From: Zootoca vivipara
Taxonomy: Eukaryota
DNA length: 64,000 nucleotides
Assembly (NCBI RefSeq): GCF_963506605.1
Contig: NC_083280.1
Coordinates: 47,740,001-47,804,000 of the forward strand
Reading direction: 5' to 3'
In this document: positions 62,801 to 64,000 of the stretch, one piece after another
Position numbering within the stretch: the first letter of the stretch is position 1
Layout: each line of letters opens with the position of its first letter
Notes under the pieces: generated by a model
Database searches by the model: none
What the model was told of the DNA's origin: nothing
The model's input: the letters and a program-made list of their open reading frames with translations, nothing else
Made by a program: the position numbers and the translations under genes

Positions 62801-63887
62801 AGCCCCTGGGTGATGTATTTCAAGTAACCCAAGCTTGATTCACAAGTTACAGAATCAGAAAGTCCTTCTTACTTCTGACATTGGGGGCAACCTCATAGCT
62901 CTTTATACAGCTGCTACATATAGATGATAAGAAGATTCATAGCCAATATATTTTGAAACGCTAGCTTCACCTTGTACAGTATGTCCTACCGTGATATTCC
63001 ATCAAGTGACCCTCCTCCATAATAGAGATTTTGAAAGACTGCCTTTTAAAAGCGCTAATTGTACAAAGCTGACTTTCAAAACACAGACATTGCTGGGAGA
63101 ATAATAAGGTGTGCATGGAAGAGAGGATAAAAGGGCAGCGAAGCAGAACGAGAGTCTGGATATCAAAAGGAAGATTCTAACAATCACTTCCTGGCTGCAA
63201 TTACCTTCATCCCCTACGGTGGCTAAGTGACCTGTCAAGATGCCAAGGAACCCGAGAATGCAAGAAAATTCTGTTTTCATTCCGGCAGCCTTCTTCATCG
63301 CATGCATTTTCCCTAGGTTAATTAGGGGAATGCACAAGGTGGATTGGATGAGGAATAAAGTCAGGTGTTTACAATCGTGGAAAGACAGATGGATGGGCAA
63401 CAGAACCTATAGAATTATTTCACAAGGTGATCATCCTCAGGAAAGGGAGGGAATAAGTCACCACCTGTATTTCCCCCTACCTCCTTCTGCCTGAGTTAGT
63501 CAAGCAAGGAAAGTTCTCTGCCTTCTGTTCCATTTGCCCTTGGCCTGATCAGTGTTCCTGATGTTACACCATTCTGAATCTCCCTTTTGCCTTCATCCCT
63601 GTCTCCTCTGCAGGGAGCCAACAGACTGTGCATATGGTGCAAGGACTGGAGTGTTCAATGTCTGCAGTCTTGTGATACTTCCAAATCTTCATCCCATGTA
63701 GAGGTTTTTGTGCTAGGATCTGCTTCATCTGTGTTCTGCCTGTACTATACCAAACTTCTAAAGTTATTTATGATGCGTCACACATCTCTTTTCGCAATCC
63801 CTGCCCTGTCTTCCTTCCTTCCCACCCTGCCTGTTCCCTGCCTAGGACAAGCCGCATCCCACTGGATCTTAGTAATAAGAGATATTA

Positions 63888-64000
63888 CAGGGGGGATGGG
63901 AAACTCTGGCCCTATGGATGTTGGTGCGATACACCTCCCTTCATCCATGGCCATTGGCCGTGCTGGCTGGGCCTGAAATGAGTTGTATTCCTACAAGGCC
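63888..64000. mobile_element. Degenerate hAT MITE, runs off the window end
   Basis: GGGGATGGGAAACTCTGGCCCT start; CCATTGGCCGTGCTGGCTGGG core as at 35426. Confidence 0.6.

Noticed and set aside
3292-62981. Many TACAGTA/TACTGTA words as Tigger footprints
   Set aside because: Rough count is near chance expectation for AT-rich DNA and none could be shown to be an insertion

Overview
This is vertebrate, not prokaryotic, DNA: a repeat-rich, CpG-depleted intronic or intergenic segment of a squamate genome, most likely a lacertid lizard (inferred from Sauria SINEs and BovB with (CAA)n tails). I recognise no host protein-coding gene. Almost all ORFs in the track are chance ORFs or transposon remnants, and only two weak candidate exons are noted. 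The window holds BovB, CR1, L2, L1-like and Penelope-like (PLE) retroelement fragments, four Sauria SINEs, other tRNA-derived SINEs, many non-autonomous hAT and Tc1/mariner DNA transposons with readable TIRs and TSDs, microsatellites and a 136-N gap. The most interesting signals are: (1) a PLE cassette of GIY-YIG ORF end, TATA box and minimal hammerhead ribozyme, with short hairpin-shaped derivatives whose arms start at the predicted transcription start or at the ribozyme cleavage site; (2) TA-CCG/CGG-TA insertions that look like mariner/pogo excision footprints; (3) three 136-bp hAT MITEs with a shared core but different, self-matching TIRs; (4) an unexplained ~78-bp inverted duplication; (5) a GC-rich branched hairpin carrying both hammerhead core words. 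Boundaries of old repeats are approximate, and family names are from recognition, not a database search.
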